Source: Candidatus Eiseniibacteriota bacterium
Lineage (GTDB): Bacteria > Arandabacterota > Arandabacteria > JAGLYR01
Assembly: GCA_023132135.1 (NCBI GenBank)
Contig: JAGLYR010000046.1
Location: forward strand, 1-55,158
Direction of reading: 5' to 3'
Length of the DNA: 55,158 nt
The notes beneath the pieces are model-generated. The model worked only from the letters and a program-made list of their open reading frames with translations. It had not been told where the DNA came from and made no database searches. This document shows positions 1 through 9,287 of the stretch, in pieces. The first letter of the stretch is position 1, and each line of letters starts with the position of its first letter. A program made the position numbers and the translations under genes.

Positions 1-51
1 CTCGCAGCCCATGGACCGGTACCGCAGCAGAAACCTGGTGAGAAATGCAGG

Positions 52-735
52 CTACTTGTCGACGCAGCATGCGGCAACGATGAAATCGCCCCAGGGGAGT
101 CGCGCTCCTTGCCCGAGCCATTCCAGCGGACGGGCCGCAAACCGCGGCCATGTGAACGCGACGGCTCGCACTCTGGGCTTCCCGTAGGGAGCCAACCATT
201 CACGAATGGACCCGACCGTCGGCATTTCCGCGTTTGCGAAGATGGGCGTTCGCCGGAGTCGCCGGCGAAGCCCGAGGAGGGAGTTCCGGTTCAGGGCCCC
301 AAGGACAAGAACGCCTCCGGGGCGTGTGCAGCGCGCCATCTCCTCCAGAACCGGATGGAGGTCCGCCACGAATTCGAGGACCGTGATCCCCGCCACCACA
401 TCGAATGACGCGGATGGAAAAGGGATCTCGGCAGCATCCGCCACCAGAAACCCCGCCCCTTCGATTCCCTTGCCGCGGGCAACGCTCACCATGGCGGGCG
501 AGCAATCGAGGCCGGTCACGAGGAATCCCTCCCCGGCGAAGAACCGGCTCCAGTGCCCGGTGCCTGAGCCGACCTCGAGAAGATGGATCCCGCCCGAAGG
601 AGAAGGCAGGAATTCGCTTACTGCCCGTTTCTCGATACGGTCATACAAGGCGCCTATGGTGGTGTCGTACCAGCGGTCGTAGGAGCCCGCAATGGAATCG
701 AAATCGAAGCGACTGACGCGCAAGGAAAAGGACAT
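52..735 (-). CDS. class I SAM-dependent methyltransferase (Methyltransf_11-like)
   Basis: 227-aa ORF. SAM motif I LLEVGSGTGHWSRFF is followed by the acidic loop VTGLDCSPAMV and later Rossmann-fold MTase blocks (FDVVAGITVLEF, RPGGVLVL). Substrate cannot be inferred. Confidence 0.8.
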   Translation of the reverse strand: MSFSLRVSRFDFDSIAGSYDRWYDTTIGALYDRIEKRAVSEFLPSPSGGIHLLEVGSGTGHWSRFFAGEGFLVTGLDCSPAMVSVARGKGIEGAGFLVADAAEIPFPSASFDVVAGITVLEFVADLHPVLEEMARCTRPGGVLVLGALNRNSLLGLRRRLRRTPIFANAEMPTVGSIREWLAPYGKPRVRAVAFTWPRFAARPLEWLGQGARLPWGDFIVAACCVDK

Positions 736-862
736 GAGAACCAGTCCCTAGTCCGGAGTCCCTAGTTCCAAGTCCAAGGAAAAGAGCATTGGAAGCGGTG
801 CTTCGTACCACGTGGTTTTCTGGAGGAACGCATGGTCCGGCGTTCCTCCAGAACGGTTCTCC

Positions 863-1096
863 TTATTGACGCGTCATCCGGGCGCCGCACTTCGGACACT
901 CGACTTGAGTACAAGGAACACCGAGCTGATGGGACCCAGTCGCCCCGCAGGCTGGGCACACACAATTCCCTCCAGCACCGCCACCAGAGCCTCCCATTCG
1001 TCCTCCACCACCACCTCTTCCCTGTCCCCCTCCTCCGCCACGCCCTGTTCCGGGGCCTCCGCCCCCCATCGGCCCGGTTCCATCCCCCCTTGGCAT
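863..1096 (-). CDS. small Gly/Arg-rich protein with MPRGDGTGP N-terminus and C-terminal CxxC..CxxC zinc ribbon
   Basis: Internal ATG (1094-1096) of ORF 863..1393, preceded by AAGGAG 8 nt upstream. 77 aa: MPRGDGTGPMGGGGPGTGRGGGGGQGRGGGGG, then CVCPACG..(16)..CPKCG. Confidence 0.6.
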   Translation of the reverse strand: MPRGDGTGPMGGGGPGTGRGGGGGQGRGGGGGRMGGSGGGAGGNCVCPACGATGSHQLGVPCTQVECPKCGARMTRQ

Positions 1097-1109
1097 AGTA
1101 AAATCTCCT

Positions 1110-1511
1110 TTACTTGTCGGATTTGCCGCTCGCGGCTTCCAGCTCTTCCATCCGCTTCCGAAGTCCCTGGAGCTCGCTCTCCAGAAACTCCGCCTGCGCC
1201 CGGAGGGCTTCCTTTTCCTGATCCGGGGACGGTTGAACCTGTGGCCCCGGCCCGTAGGCCGGGCTTCCGTAGCTCCACCCTTCCGGTGCCCAACCTGGAG
1301 CGCCCATGGCAGCGTACCCGCGGCCCCAACCTCGGCCCCAGCCGCCACCTCGGCCAAAACCGCCACCTCTACCAAAACCGCCGCCTCTGCCAAAACCGCC
1401 GGCCGGCCCTGGGTTCATGAATCCGGGAACCCCGTATCCCGCACAGTAGCCTGCACCCCGGCCTGTCATCGGTCCCATTCCCATCGGTCCTGTTCTATCG
1501 CCTCTTGGCAT
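1110..1511 (-). CDS. DUF5320-like Gly/Arg-rich protein with C-terminal coiled coil
   Basis: Internal ATG (1509-1511) of ORF 1110..1556, preceded by GGAGG. The N-terminus MPRGDRTGPMGMGPMTGRGAGYC is as I recall for DUF5320. Contains GRGGGF x3 plus GRGWGRG repeats and a C-terminal helix EKEALRAQAEFLESELQGLRKRMEELE. Confidence 0.65.
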   Translation of the reverse strand: MPRGDRTGPMGMGPMTGRGAGYCAGYGVPGFMNPGPAGGFGRGGGFGRGGGFGRGGGWGRGWGRGYAAMGAPGWAPEGWSYGSPAYGPGPQVQPSPDQEKEALRAQAEFLESELQGLRKRMEELEAASGKSDK

Positions 1512-1538
1512 TGTAATCACCTCCTGTCCTGTATCACA

Positions 1539-1555
1539 AAGCACAGCCCGTGCCA
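1539..1555 (-). promoter_or_regulatory. sigma54-type -24/-12 promoter element upstream of the DUF5320-like gene
   Basis: The minus strand reads TGGCACGGGCTGTGCTT against consensus TGGCACG-N4-TTGCW. GG and GC are exactly 12 nt apart. It lies about 28 nt upstream of the ATG at 1511, leaving room for the GGAGG RBS. Inverted repeats GTTGCAG/CTGCAAC (1654-1660/1676-1682) and TTGCA/TGCAA (1688-1692/1697-1701) sit 100-160 nt further upstream, like enhancer sites. Confidence 0.45.
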
Positions 1556-1815
1556 ACGGGTGGCCCCCACACCAAGGATGAAGTCTACCAATTGATACAT
1601 AATGCTTTACAGCACTCCGAGGAGCAACACTTCAAGGAGAAGCGGTGGCCATGGTTGCAGAAGATGGTTGCGCTACTGCAACTGCTGTTGCACAACTGCA
1701 ATCCCATGTCGTCGCCCCACCTGCTGAGAAACGCAGGCCAAACGGGATCATGCTCTGACCAGCTCCGGGCCGAGCCCAAGGGGAGGGTCGAAGGGTAGGA
1801 TTCTGAGAAGATCTG

Positions 1816-1844
1816 TTGACGCACTGCAGGAGATGTGATAGAAT
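1816..1844 (+). promoter_or_regulatory. near-consensus sigma70 promoter (TTGACG-N17-TAGAAT with TGn extended -10)
   Basis: TTGACG at 1816-1821, 17-nt spacer, TGaTAGAAT at 1836-1844. Located in a lower-GC patch. Confidence 0.45.
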
Positions 1845-2040
1845 CCCTTTGTCACCACGGGTGACGACAAATGTTCAGACAATTGCCAATGTGGCGAGAC
1901 GGCAACGGCAACCAGCCGGCAGCTGGTATGTTGACAACATCACGATTCAGGTCAACGAAGCTACCGCTGCAGACGAAACCTCCTGGGGTGGCGTCAAGGC
2001 GATGTACCGCTAGATTGTTTCCTGTAATACGCTCAGCAGC

Positions 2041-2070
2041 AGAGGCAGCCCTTCGGGGCTGCCTCTTTCT
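2041..2070 (+). terminator. rho-independent terminator-like hairpin
   Basis: AGAGGCAGCCC-TTCG-GGGCTGCCTCT is a perfect 11-bp stem with a tetraloop, followed by TTCTC. The T-tract is short. Confidence 0.5.
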
Positions 2071-2163
2071 CATCCGCCCCTCCGGATTCACGGATATCCC
2101 CTGTCACCGGGAGGACTTGTGCTCTTCGCTCACTCGCGCTGGTGAGAAAGCAGGGCAGGAGTG

Positions 2164-3345
2164 TCAGCGCCCTTTCAACCTGTCGAGCAGATTCCCCGGC
2201 ACCTGATCGAGCTTCTTGATTCCTCGCCACGCATGGCGGATCTGGCTCAACAGTTGTCCGGTCACGCCGCTCGGATCATAGGCCTTCAGAAGAGCGTACA
2301 GCATAACAGGATTGAACCGCCGTGGCCAGAACGCCAGATAGCGGCCTTCCCACGAGGTAGGACCGAATTGTACCTTGAACTGGTAGAGAGGCTTGTATCG
2401 ATGAAAGTACCCCAGACGGTCGAACGCGAGATTCAGTGCCATCTCTATGATGCGGCTTTGGCTCGGATCATCCACGTGCTCGCTGGCGAGAGGGGCCGTA
2501 CCGAGAGTAGCCATCGTGTACCCCTGTTCCTTCAGGAGCCGGAAGGATTCGGCAATCAACAACTGGTTCGTGCCACGCAGCGTCTTCTCCTTGCGGCGCA
2601 TCAGATCGAAATAGATGCCGTTTCTCGCATAGACGGGGGTGCATACTACGAAGGCTTCAACCTGGTCAGCTAGTAGAACCAGGAAATACTTCCGCTCTCC
2701 CGGATCCGCAAGACCCGGCTCACCTATCATGAACGCGAACTCACCCGAGCCCTTGAATTTCATCCAGGCCGCTGAGAGATCCTCCATTTGCTTCTCCCAA
2801 TCCGGCCTCCGCCCCGCAAGCGGACAATACTCGACTACGGTCAAGCCGTGCTTCCTCGCACTCCTGCTGTCGTTACGCAGATCCTTGAACTTGCCACCCG
2901 CCCACGACAGCTTGCCCAGCTCGAAGATCGGCTCCTCGCCGATCTTGATCATGCCGAAGCCCAGCTCTTCAAGGATCCCCATGCAGCGATCCGTGACAGC
3001 CTGGAAGCAGCACCGCCATTTCTGCGCAGTGCAGAACTGCCTGAATTCAGCAATGAACTCGCGGAGGTTGCAAGGGTCACACACTGCGTCACCCGCGGCC
3101 AACACAACGTTGGCACGGACCACATATGCGATCACTCCATCAATTCCGGAGGGCGAGAAGAAGTATGACTTGTCACTGCGGAGGATGCTGTACGACTGGG
3201 ATTGATAGGCGTAGCGCTTCAGGTATTCGAGGACTCGCTGCTCTTCGTCTTCAGGCCTCATGACCCCCACTCCCTTTCTCCGGATCAGCTGCCCGAGAGA
3301 AACGAACAAGATCTCTTCCGTACCTTCTCTCTTTACACCTCTCAC
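2164..3345 (-). CDS. DUF2156 / aminoacyl-phosphatidylglycerol synthase C-terminal-domain protein (MprF synthase domain only)
   Basis: 393-aa ORF. The pattern YSILRSDKSYFFSPSGIDGVIAYVVRANVVLAAGDAVCDP..FCTAQKWRCCFQAV..IGEEPIFEL..GGKFKDLRNDSRSARKHGL matches my memory of LPG_synthase_C/DUF2156. No N-terminal flippase membrane domain is present. The GTG start overlaps the upstream stop (GTGA at 3342-3345). An internal ATG (MRPEDEEQ) is an alternative start. Confidence 0.6.
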   Translation of the reverse strand: MRGVKREGTEEILFVSLGQLIRRKGVGVMRPEDEEQRVLEYLKRYAYQSQSYSILRSDKSYFFSPSGIDGVIAYVVRANVVLAAGDAVCDPCNLREFIAEFRQFCTAQKWRCCFQAVTDRCMGILEELGFGMIKIGEEPIFELGKLSWAGGKFKDLRNDSRSARKHGLTVVEYCPLAGRRPDWEKQMEDLSAAWMKFKGSGEFAFMIGEPGLADPGERKYFLVLLADQVEAFVVCTPVYARNGIYFDLMRRKEKTLRGTNQLLIAESFRLLKEQGYTMATLGTAPLASEHVDDPSQSRIIEMALNLAFDRLGYFHRYKPLYQFKVQFGPTSWEGRYLAFWPRRFNPVMLYALLKAYDPSGVTGQLLSQIRHAWRGIKKLDQVPGNLLDRLKGR

Positions 3346-3638
3346 CCTTCGCAGGCATCATCAAGCGTCCAACACATTGCCGTGATCCCCTCATACTTGA
3401 CCTTCTGATTGTGCTTCCGCGCCCCATCCATGACCGCCGTCGCGATCTCATCCTGCGCTGCAAAGAACAGCGCGCTGTTGTGTCCCGGCCACACATGCGT
3501 CCCCAGCCTCGGGTGGCCCTTGGCGGGTTTCCCTCGGACCTCACGCCAGTGCGTGTAGGCCGAGATCTGCAGATCTTCCAGCAATTCCATCACTTTGTCC
3601 TCGACACCTATGTAGTAGGTCACAAAGAGCATCTTCAT
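3342..3638 (-). CDS. small RND transporter-associated protein (PG0541-like)
   Basis: Internal ATG (3636-3638) of ORF 3342..3764 forms an ATGA overlap with the RND stop. 98 aa, starting MKMLFVTYYIGVEDKVMELLEDLQISAYTHWREVRGKPAKGHPRLGTHVWPGHNS. Size, position after an RND pump and sequence pattern resemble the PG0541-type family (from memory). Confidence 0.5.
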   Translation of the reverse strand: MKMLFVTYYIGVEDKVMELLEDLQISAYTHWREVRGKPAKGHPRLGTHVWPGHNSALFFAAQDEIATAVMDGARKHNQKVKYEGITAMCWTLDDACEG

Positions 3639-6600
3639 CTTCTGTCTCCCGCAAATCGCTTCAGGCGAGCCTCGAAGATCGCATAGATCGTCGGGACCAG
3701 AATCAGTGTGACCAGGCTGGAGACCAACAACCCTCCGATGATCGTGATTCCCAGTGGCCGCCACACTTCGGAACCTTCATGACGCGACAGGGCCAGCGGG
3801 AGGACGCCAAACATCGTGGTAAACGCTGTCATGAGCACCGGCCGGAGACGGTGCCTCCCGGCGACGCGTACCGCTTCGCCGAGCTCCAGACCGCGCGAGC
3901 GGAGGATATTGGTGTAATCCACCAGGACGATGGCGTTTTTCACCACGATTCCCATCAGCATGATGATACCAACGAAGGAAACGAGACTCAAGGTCGTTCC
4001 GGTCACGAAGAAGGCCCACAGGACCCCCACCAGCGCAAACGGGATGGCGAACATCACCACGAAAGGATCCAGGAACGACTCGAACTGCGATGCCATCACC
4101 ATGTAGACCAGAGCAATGCCCAGAATGAGCAGGAACAGCAGATTACTGAAGGCCTTCCGCTGCTCTTCCACCTCGCCGCCGAATTCCACTGCAACATCCG
4201 GAGGGATTTCAATGCCGGCCAACTCGCTGCGGATGTCTGCCACCACCTCTCCAAGCGCTCGACCGTATAGACCTGCGTCCACCCTGACCACCCGTTCCCT
4301 GTTCTCACGAAAGATCACGGTTGGGCTGGCACCCTCTTCGATAGAGGCGACGTTTTTCAGTCGCACGTTCAGGCCGGTGAGAGAGGGGACGACGAGATTC
4401 TCAATATCCTCGATAGTCTGTCGCTTCTCGGCCGCTGCGCGTAGAAGGATCCCGTACTCCTCCCCGCCCTCACGGAATGTCGTCGCCTCCACACCGTAGA
4501 TCTCCGAACGGAGCGCCTGTCCGATGATGGCCGCATTGAGCCCGAGCCTTGCGGCCTTTTCTCGATCAATGACAACGTGGAACTCGGCCCGCTTCTCGCC
4601 GCGACGGATGCGCGCGCCCGTCGCTCCCGGAGTGCGCTTGACGATCCCCTTGATCTCCTCCGCAAGCTGATTGGCCACCGCCATGTCATGGCCCCTCACC
4701 TCAATTGAGATGGGTTTGGCCCCGGCAAAGAGAGCGGACTGCAGAATGCTACCGGTGCCAATGTCCATTTTTGCGATGCCGGGGATCTTCTCCAACTCCC
4801 GACCCAGCTGGTGAGCGATTTCCTCCGAGGATCGCCTCCGGCATTTGCGGTCGACCAGCTTGACAGCACCGCTAACGACGTGGGGGCCATCCTCCCTCCC
4901 CATCAGGGACAGGATCCCCATTTCCTCCTGGCCCACCATGGTGTAATAGTTCACCATCTCGGGAATGTCCTCCTGCAAGAGGGCTTCGATCCGTTCTGCC
5001 ATCTCCTCGGAGTGTTCAATTCGAGTTCCCGGTGTCAGCTCCACTGTGAACTGGATATCACCCGTGTCACTGGTAGGCAGGAACTCTGTTTTCATGAGAG
5101 TCACCAGTGACAGCGAAGCGCCAAGAACGATGACCGCTGCCGAAACTGTGAGCCTCTTGTGAGCAAGAACCCACCCCAGCGCCCGGCCGTAGGCTTCCTC
5201 AAGGGCAACAAAGCCTCGTTCGCTCGTCCGGAAGAACCTGTTCCAGAGTCCCTCACGGGTGTCCGCGCGCCGGAGAAGAAATGAGGAAAGCATCGGGGTC
5301 AGTGTTTGGGATGCAAAGAAGGATGTCAGCACTGTCACGATGACGATGAAAGCCAGCTGCTTGAACATGGTGCCAATGAGACCCGTAGCGAACATCATCG
5401 GGGCGAAGACGGCTACTACGGTCAGCGCCGAAGCCATGACCGCTAGCCCCACCTCGGAGGCGCCAAAGGCAGCCGCCTCCCGAGGGCGCTCACCCTCCTC
5501 CGTGTGGCGGGTGATATTCTCCAGCACCACGATGGCATCATCTACCACCATCCCGATCACCACAGCGAGACTCATCAACGACACCATGTTGAGCGTGTAG
5601 TTGTAGAGGTGCAGAACCAGGAAAGCCATGATTACCGAGAAGGGAATTGCCAGGGCGATAATCACGCTCGCTCGGAATCTCCTCAAGAACGCGAAGACGA
5701 CCAAGACCACAAAGATCCCGCCGTAGACCACTGCCTCGCTCAGGTTGCGGATGGATCGCGTGATGAACTCCGCCCCGTCGATGATCTCGACGATCTCGAT
5801 GTCGGAGGGGAGCGTTTGCCGGAGCTCCGCCATCCGGGCTCGGCACGAGCGGGCCACCTCAACGGTGTTCGCGCCGGATTGCTTCAGGATGATCATGACT
5901 ACACCCGGGCGACCGTTGGCCCTGGCTGTCATGGTCGGTTCCTTGAAACCGTCCGACACCTCCGCAACATCCGCCAAGTGGATCACCCTGCCTCCACTCT
6001 GCCCCACAATGAGCCGACGGATCTCGGAGACGTCCGCGAATTCCCCGGGAAGGCGGACCATGTATTCGGTGCGCCCGATCTTGATACTACCGGCGGGGAT
6101 ATTGACATTCTCCGCTGCCAGGACCCCGGCGATCTGTGTGTACGGAATTCCGTAGGCTGCCATCCGATTCGGCTGGAGAGTCACCTGGATCTCACGTTCC
6201 ACCCCTCCCAGGACAATCAAAGAACCGACGCCGGGAATCTGCTTCAAGGCTTCGCCGACGTTGTCCTTCATGATCCTCCGGAGACCTCCGTAGCTCTCGT
6301 CCGCCGCGGCTCCGTAGACCAACACCGGCATCATCGCTGTGTTCATTTTCAGGATCGTGGACCGCTGGATGTCACTCGGGAGATCATTCGTGACTAACTC
6401 AAGGCGGTCGCGGATCTCGTTGCTGACCTCGTCCAGATCCGTCTGCCAATCGAATCGGGCCGTGACAGCAGAGACGTTGTCACGAGAGGCGGAGCTAATG
6501 TCCCTCAGATTGCTCACGGTCGAGACCGCGTCCTCGATCACTTCCGTGACCCTGCTTTCCACATCGTTGGGTCCAGCACCCGGGTAGAGTGTTATGATTG

Positions 6601-6736
6601 TGATTGCCGGCAACTCGATTTCCGGGTAGAGGTCGACCGGAAGACGCAGAAGGGACACCATGCCAAAGAGCATCAGAGCAAGGAAGAGCATGAGAACAGT
6701 GACCCTGCGGTGGACCGCGAACTCGGGAAGATTCAT
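3635..6736 (-). CDS. efflux RND transporter permease (HAE1/AcrB-like)
   Basis: 1033 aa with a 12-TM AcrB architecture. N-terminus MNLPEFAVHRRVTVLMLFLALMLFG..YPGAGP. Conserved TM4 region VVIGMVVDDAIVVLENI and duplicated-half equivalent IMLMGIVVKNAIVLVDY. Confidence 0.95.
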   Translation of the reverse strand: MNLPEFAVHRRVTVLMLFLALMLFGMVSLLRLPVDLYPEIELPAITIITLYPGAGPNDVESRVTEVIEDAVSTVSNLRDISSASRDNVSAVTARFDWQTDLDEVSNEIRDRLELVTNDLPSDIQRSTILKMNTAMMPVLVYGAAADESYGGLRRIMKDNVGEALKQIPGVGSLIVLGGVEREIQVTLQPNRMAAYGIPYTQIAGVLAAENVNIPAGSIKIGRTEYMVRLPGEFADVSEIRRLIVGQSGGRVIHLADVAEVSDGFKEPTMTARANGRPGVVMIILKQSGANTVEVARSCRARMAELRQTLPSDIEIVEIIDGAEFITRSIRNLSEAVVYGGIFVVLVVFAFLRRFRASVIIALAIPFSVIMAFLVLHLYNYTLNMVSLMSLAVVIGMVVDDAIVVLENITRHTEEGERPREAAAFGASEVGLAVMASALTVVAVFAPMMFATGLIGTMFKQLAFIVIVTVLTSFFASQTLTPMLSSFLLRRADTREGLWNRFFRTSERGFVALEEAYGRALGWVLAHKRLTVSAAVIVLGASLSLVTLMKTEFLPTSDTGDIQFTVELTPGTRIEHSEEMAERIEALLQEDIPEMVNYYTMVGQEEMGILSLMGREDGPHVVSGAVKLVDRKCRRRSSEEIAHQLGRELEKIPGIAKMDIGTGSILQSALFAGAKPISIEVRGHDMAVANQLAEEIKGIVKRTPGATGARIRRGEKRAEFHVVIDREKAARLGLNAAIIGQALRSEIYGVEATTFREGGEEYGILLRAAAEKRQTIEDIENLVVPSLTGLNVRLKNVASIEEGASPTVIFRENRERVVRVDAGLYGRALGEVVADIRSELAGIEIPPDVAVEFGGEVEEQRKAFSNLLFLLILGIALVYMVMASQFESFLDPFVVMFAIPFALVGVLWAFFVTGTTLSLVSFVGIIMLMGIVVKNAIVLVDYTNILRSRGLELGEAVRVAGRHRLRPVLMTAFTTMFGVLPLALSRHEGSEVWRPLGITIIGGLLVSSLVTLILVPTIYAIFEARLKRFAGDRR

Positions 6737-7782
6737 CGCTCGCTCCTTCCCGAGGAAACCACTTGCACTTCACAACCATCTTGCACGAGGGTTTTTCCAA
6801 CCACGATAACCGTGTCTCCCTCGGCCAGGCCCGTCAGGATCGCTACGTTCTCCGCGTAGGAACGCCCGACCTCCACATCGGATCGTTGAGCCTCGCCTTC
6901 CACAACCTTGAAAACGTAGTAGATACCTGTCCCTACTTGCCGGATCAGGCCGTCCCTGGGAAGCAATAAGGCGGGCTCTTCGCCGACCGAGATCGACACA
7001 TCCGCAAACATGCCGACCCTCAGCGATCTCTCCGGGTTTGCAACCCTGATCTCGACCTCCGCAGTTCGTGTTCTCTCGTCGACCGAGGGCTCGATACGAA
7101 AGACCTCGCCCGTGAAGGAACGTCCGGGATAGGCGTCCACCCTAAGCGTAGCCGCCTGCCCTGCCTGAAACTCCGGGATGTCCACCTCCGGAACGGAAAC
7201 GACCACGTTCACGGTGTCTACCTGCTCCAGTCGAAGAAGAGCCGGACTTCCCGCGGGCCCTGGAAACAGGGTGAAAACCTCGCCCTCCTCCAGATATTTC
7301 TCCGTCACCACGCCGGCGAACGGAGCCCGAACCCGAGTGCTCGCCAGCACAAGCTCGTATCCAGCCTTCGCCCCTTGGTGGGCAGCATCAACTTGATCGA
7401 AGGCCTGCTGGGTCACCACCCCCTTGTCAAAGAGGGACCTCATGCGCTTCCAGTCCTTCTCCAAGGCTGTCAATTGCGCTGCAGCCTGGGTGAGCTGCTC
7501 TCCTCCCATCTCAACCAGCAGTTCCCCGCCATCGACCACGTCGCCAACCTCCACCATCATCCTTTCCACCTTCCCCGGCATCGCTGCCCCGAGGGAAGCC
7601 TGACGCCAAGGCCGGATGCTTCCGGAGACGGAGATTGAGCGCTCGATCTCTTCCGCTACCACACTGACGACCTCGACCGCAATCGCTTCCGGGCGAGCAA
7701 GGTCATCCGACTTCTCGCCGCGCCCACACCCTCCCACGGTCAGGAGAATGAGCCAAGAGATGATCTGCCTGTTCCTGTTCAT
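6733..7782 (-). CDS. efflux RND periplasmic adaptor (MFP) lipoprotein
   Basis: Internal ATG (7780-7782) of ORF 6733..8034 gives MNRNRQIISWLILLTVGGC, a lipobox. HlyD/AcrA-like hairpin and beta-barrel blocks are present (VRAPFAGVVTEK, FVFKVVEGEAQRSDVEVG). ATGA overlaps on both sides. Confidence 0.9.
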   Translation of the reverse strand: MNRNRQIISWLILLTVGGCGRGEKSDDLARPEAIAVEVVSVVAEEIERSISVSGSIRPWRQASLGAAMPGKVERMMVEVGDVVDGGELLVEMGGEQLTQAAAQLTALEKDWKRMRSLFDKGVVTQQAFDQVDAAHQGAKAGYELVLASTRVRAPFAGVVTEKYLEEGEVFTLFPGPAGSPALLRLEQVDTVNVVVSVPEVDIPEFQAGQAATLRVDAYPGRSFTGEVFRIEPSVDERTRTAEVEIRVANPERSLRVGMFADVSISVGEEPALLLPRDGLIRQVGTGIYYVFKVVEGEAQRSDVEVGRSYAENVAILTGLAEGDTVIVVGKTLVQDGCEVQVVSSGRSER

Positions 7783-9287
7783 CGACCGCTCCCCGTTGGT
7801 GATGCGCCAGAGGACCAACCCGTCGCAATGTCTATCTTTTCCTTCGCAAGCCGAAGGCCAGCCACAGCATTGACTCTCCCCGCCTTTGCACGAGTGAGCA
7901 AAGCCTCGGCGTCGAGGAGATCCGTGCTCGTGGCTACACCCTCCCGGAAACTCTCCAGGGCTAATCTGTGATTCTCTTCGGCCTGTGCCTTTGCCTGGCC
8001 TGCCAGATCCACTGCCCGGCGGGCCTCCTCCCATGCCAAGTAGCTCTGCTTGACTTGAAGCAGGATGCCGTCGGTGAGAATCTCGGCATTCTCTTCAAGC
8101 TGCCTTTGCTCCATCTCCGCATGCGCAACCTGGTGATGGATAGCGCCCCAATCGAACACATTTGCCTTGAGAGCAAGCGTGACGTTCCAGCTACGGTAGA
8201 ACTCGGGCTCATATTCCCGGTCCGGACGCTTCCACTCATGGTTCCCGATCAGGAAAACGCTGGGCAGGTACTGGCCCCGCCTGAGGGCAATCGTGCGTTG
8301 TCCAATCTCAAGATAGTGTTCCATTGCCCGGAGTTCGGGTCGCTCCCGCAGCGCCAGCTCGTTGCAATCACTCAGCGTGCGGGTCTCCGCCTCCGCTTTC
8401 AGGGGATCCGTGGGAGTGATCCCTGTGTTCAGGGGAACCCCAAGCTGGTGGCAGAGGTTGGCCGTGGCCAGATCAACCGTGTTCGCGGCGCGGTTCACCA
8501 GCAGAGCGGCATTGGCAAGCTCAACCTCTGCCCTCAACAAGTCGTTTTGGATCACCATGCCCTCCCCGAGGAAACTCTCGAGGTCCACGATGTGCGCCTC
8601 GAGCTGGTGCACCGATTCCTTGGCAACTTCCAGGAATGCCTTGGCTCTCACAAGACCGACATACGCCTCCGCCACAGCAAAGCGAACCTCATTCTCGTCC
8701 CGCTGCCTGTTCCACTTCTCGGCTTCCAAGGCGTGCTTCGCAATGCGGTAGGTGTTCCTGATGCTGAACCCAGTGAAAATCGGTTGCTCGACCGTAACTC
8801 CAAGAGCATAGTTGTCCTTATCCCCGATGTAGATTCTGCTTGGTCCGCCGGCCTCGAGCCCGGCGAGTGCTCCAGGATCAAGGTAGCCGTTGCTGACAAG
8901 ATCCTCGAATGGGACATGCAGAGGGTCAAACATGCTTGAGAAGCTCGCGCCGGAGATGTAGGGTGTCTGGTCCAGGCGCGTGTAACTCCCCTTTCCAGAG
9001 ATCTTCGGAAGGAAGGCTGTGCGGGCCTCCCGAACCCTTTCCGCGCTTGCACCCATCCTGGCATCCGCGATCTTGAGAGTCCGGCTGTGTTCAAGAGCCA
9101 GCTCGACTGCCTCGGTGAGAGTCAGGTTGAGTTCGCCATCCGCGGAGACGGCAAACGCAGACGAGGTCGCCGTGATCGGGCACACGACAACCAAAGATGC
9201 CACAATCGCTCGTAGAAGACGCTTGACGGACGGACGGCTAGACCGTATTGGTTTTCTGGTCACACGCGACAAGAAAAAAAACGTCAT
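7779..9287 (-). CDS. TolC-family outer membrane efflux protein
   Basis: Internal ATG (9285-9287) of ORF 7779..9383. Signal peptide ends ...SSAFA. Two TolC/OEP repeats are visible (LTLTEAVELALEHSRTLK; LSDCNELALRERPELRA). ATGA overlap with the TetR stop. Confidence 0.85.
   Translation of the reverse strand: MTFFFLSRVTRKPIRSSRPSVKRLLRAIVASLVVVCPITATSSAFAVSADGELNLTLTEAVELALEHSRTLKIADARMGASAERVREARTAFLPKISGKGSYTRLDQTPYISGASFSSMFDPLHVPFEDLVSNGYLDPGALAGLEAGGPSRIYIGDKDNYALGVTVEQPIFTGFSIRNTYRIAKHALEAEKWNRQRDENEVRFAVAEAYVGLVRAKAFLEVAKESVHQLEAHIVDLESFLGEGMVIQNDLLRAEVELANAALLVNRAANTVDLATANLCHQLGVPLNTGITPTDPLKAEAETRTLSDCNELALRERPELRAMEHYLEIGQRTIALRRGQYLPSVFLIGNHEWKRPDREYEPEFYRSWNVTLALKANVFDWGAIHHQVAHAEMEQRQLEENAEILTDGILLQVKQSYLAWEEARRAVDLAGQAKAQAEENHRLALESFREGVATSTDLLDAEALLTRAKAGRVNAVAGLRLAKEKIDIATGWSSGASPTGSGR

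Noticed and set aside
801-830. Possible degenerate CTTCGTG repeat copy (GGTGCTTCGTACCACGTGGTTTTCTGGAGG)
   Set aside because: It matches only about half of the consensus with an internal insertion, which is too weak to count as a family member.
1871-2206. 111-aa plus-strand ORF starting at the only ATG in the orphan transcription unit
   Set aside because: It reads straight through the terminator hairpin and into the antisense of the DUF2156 gene. The translation is Arg/Pro-rich with no features.
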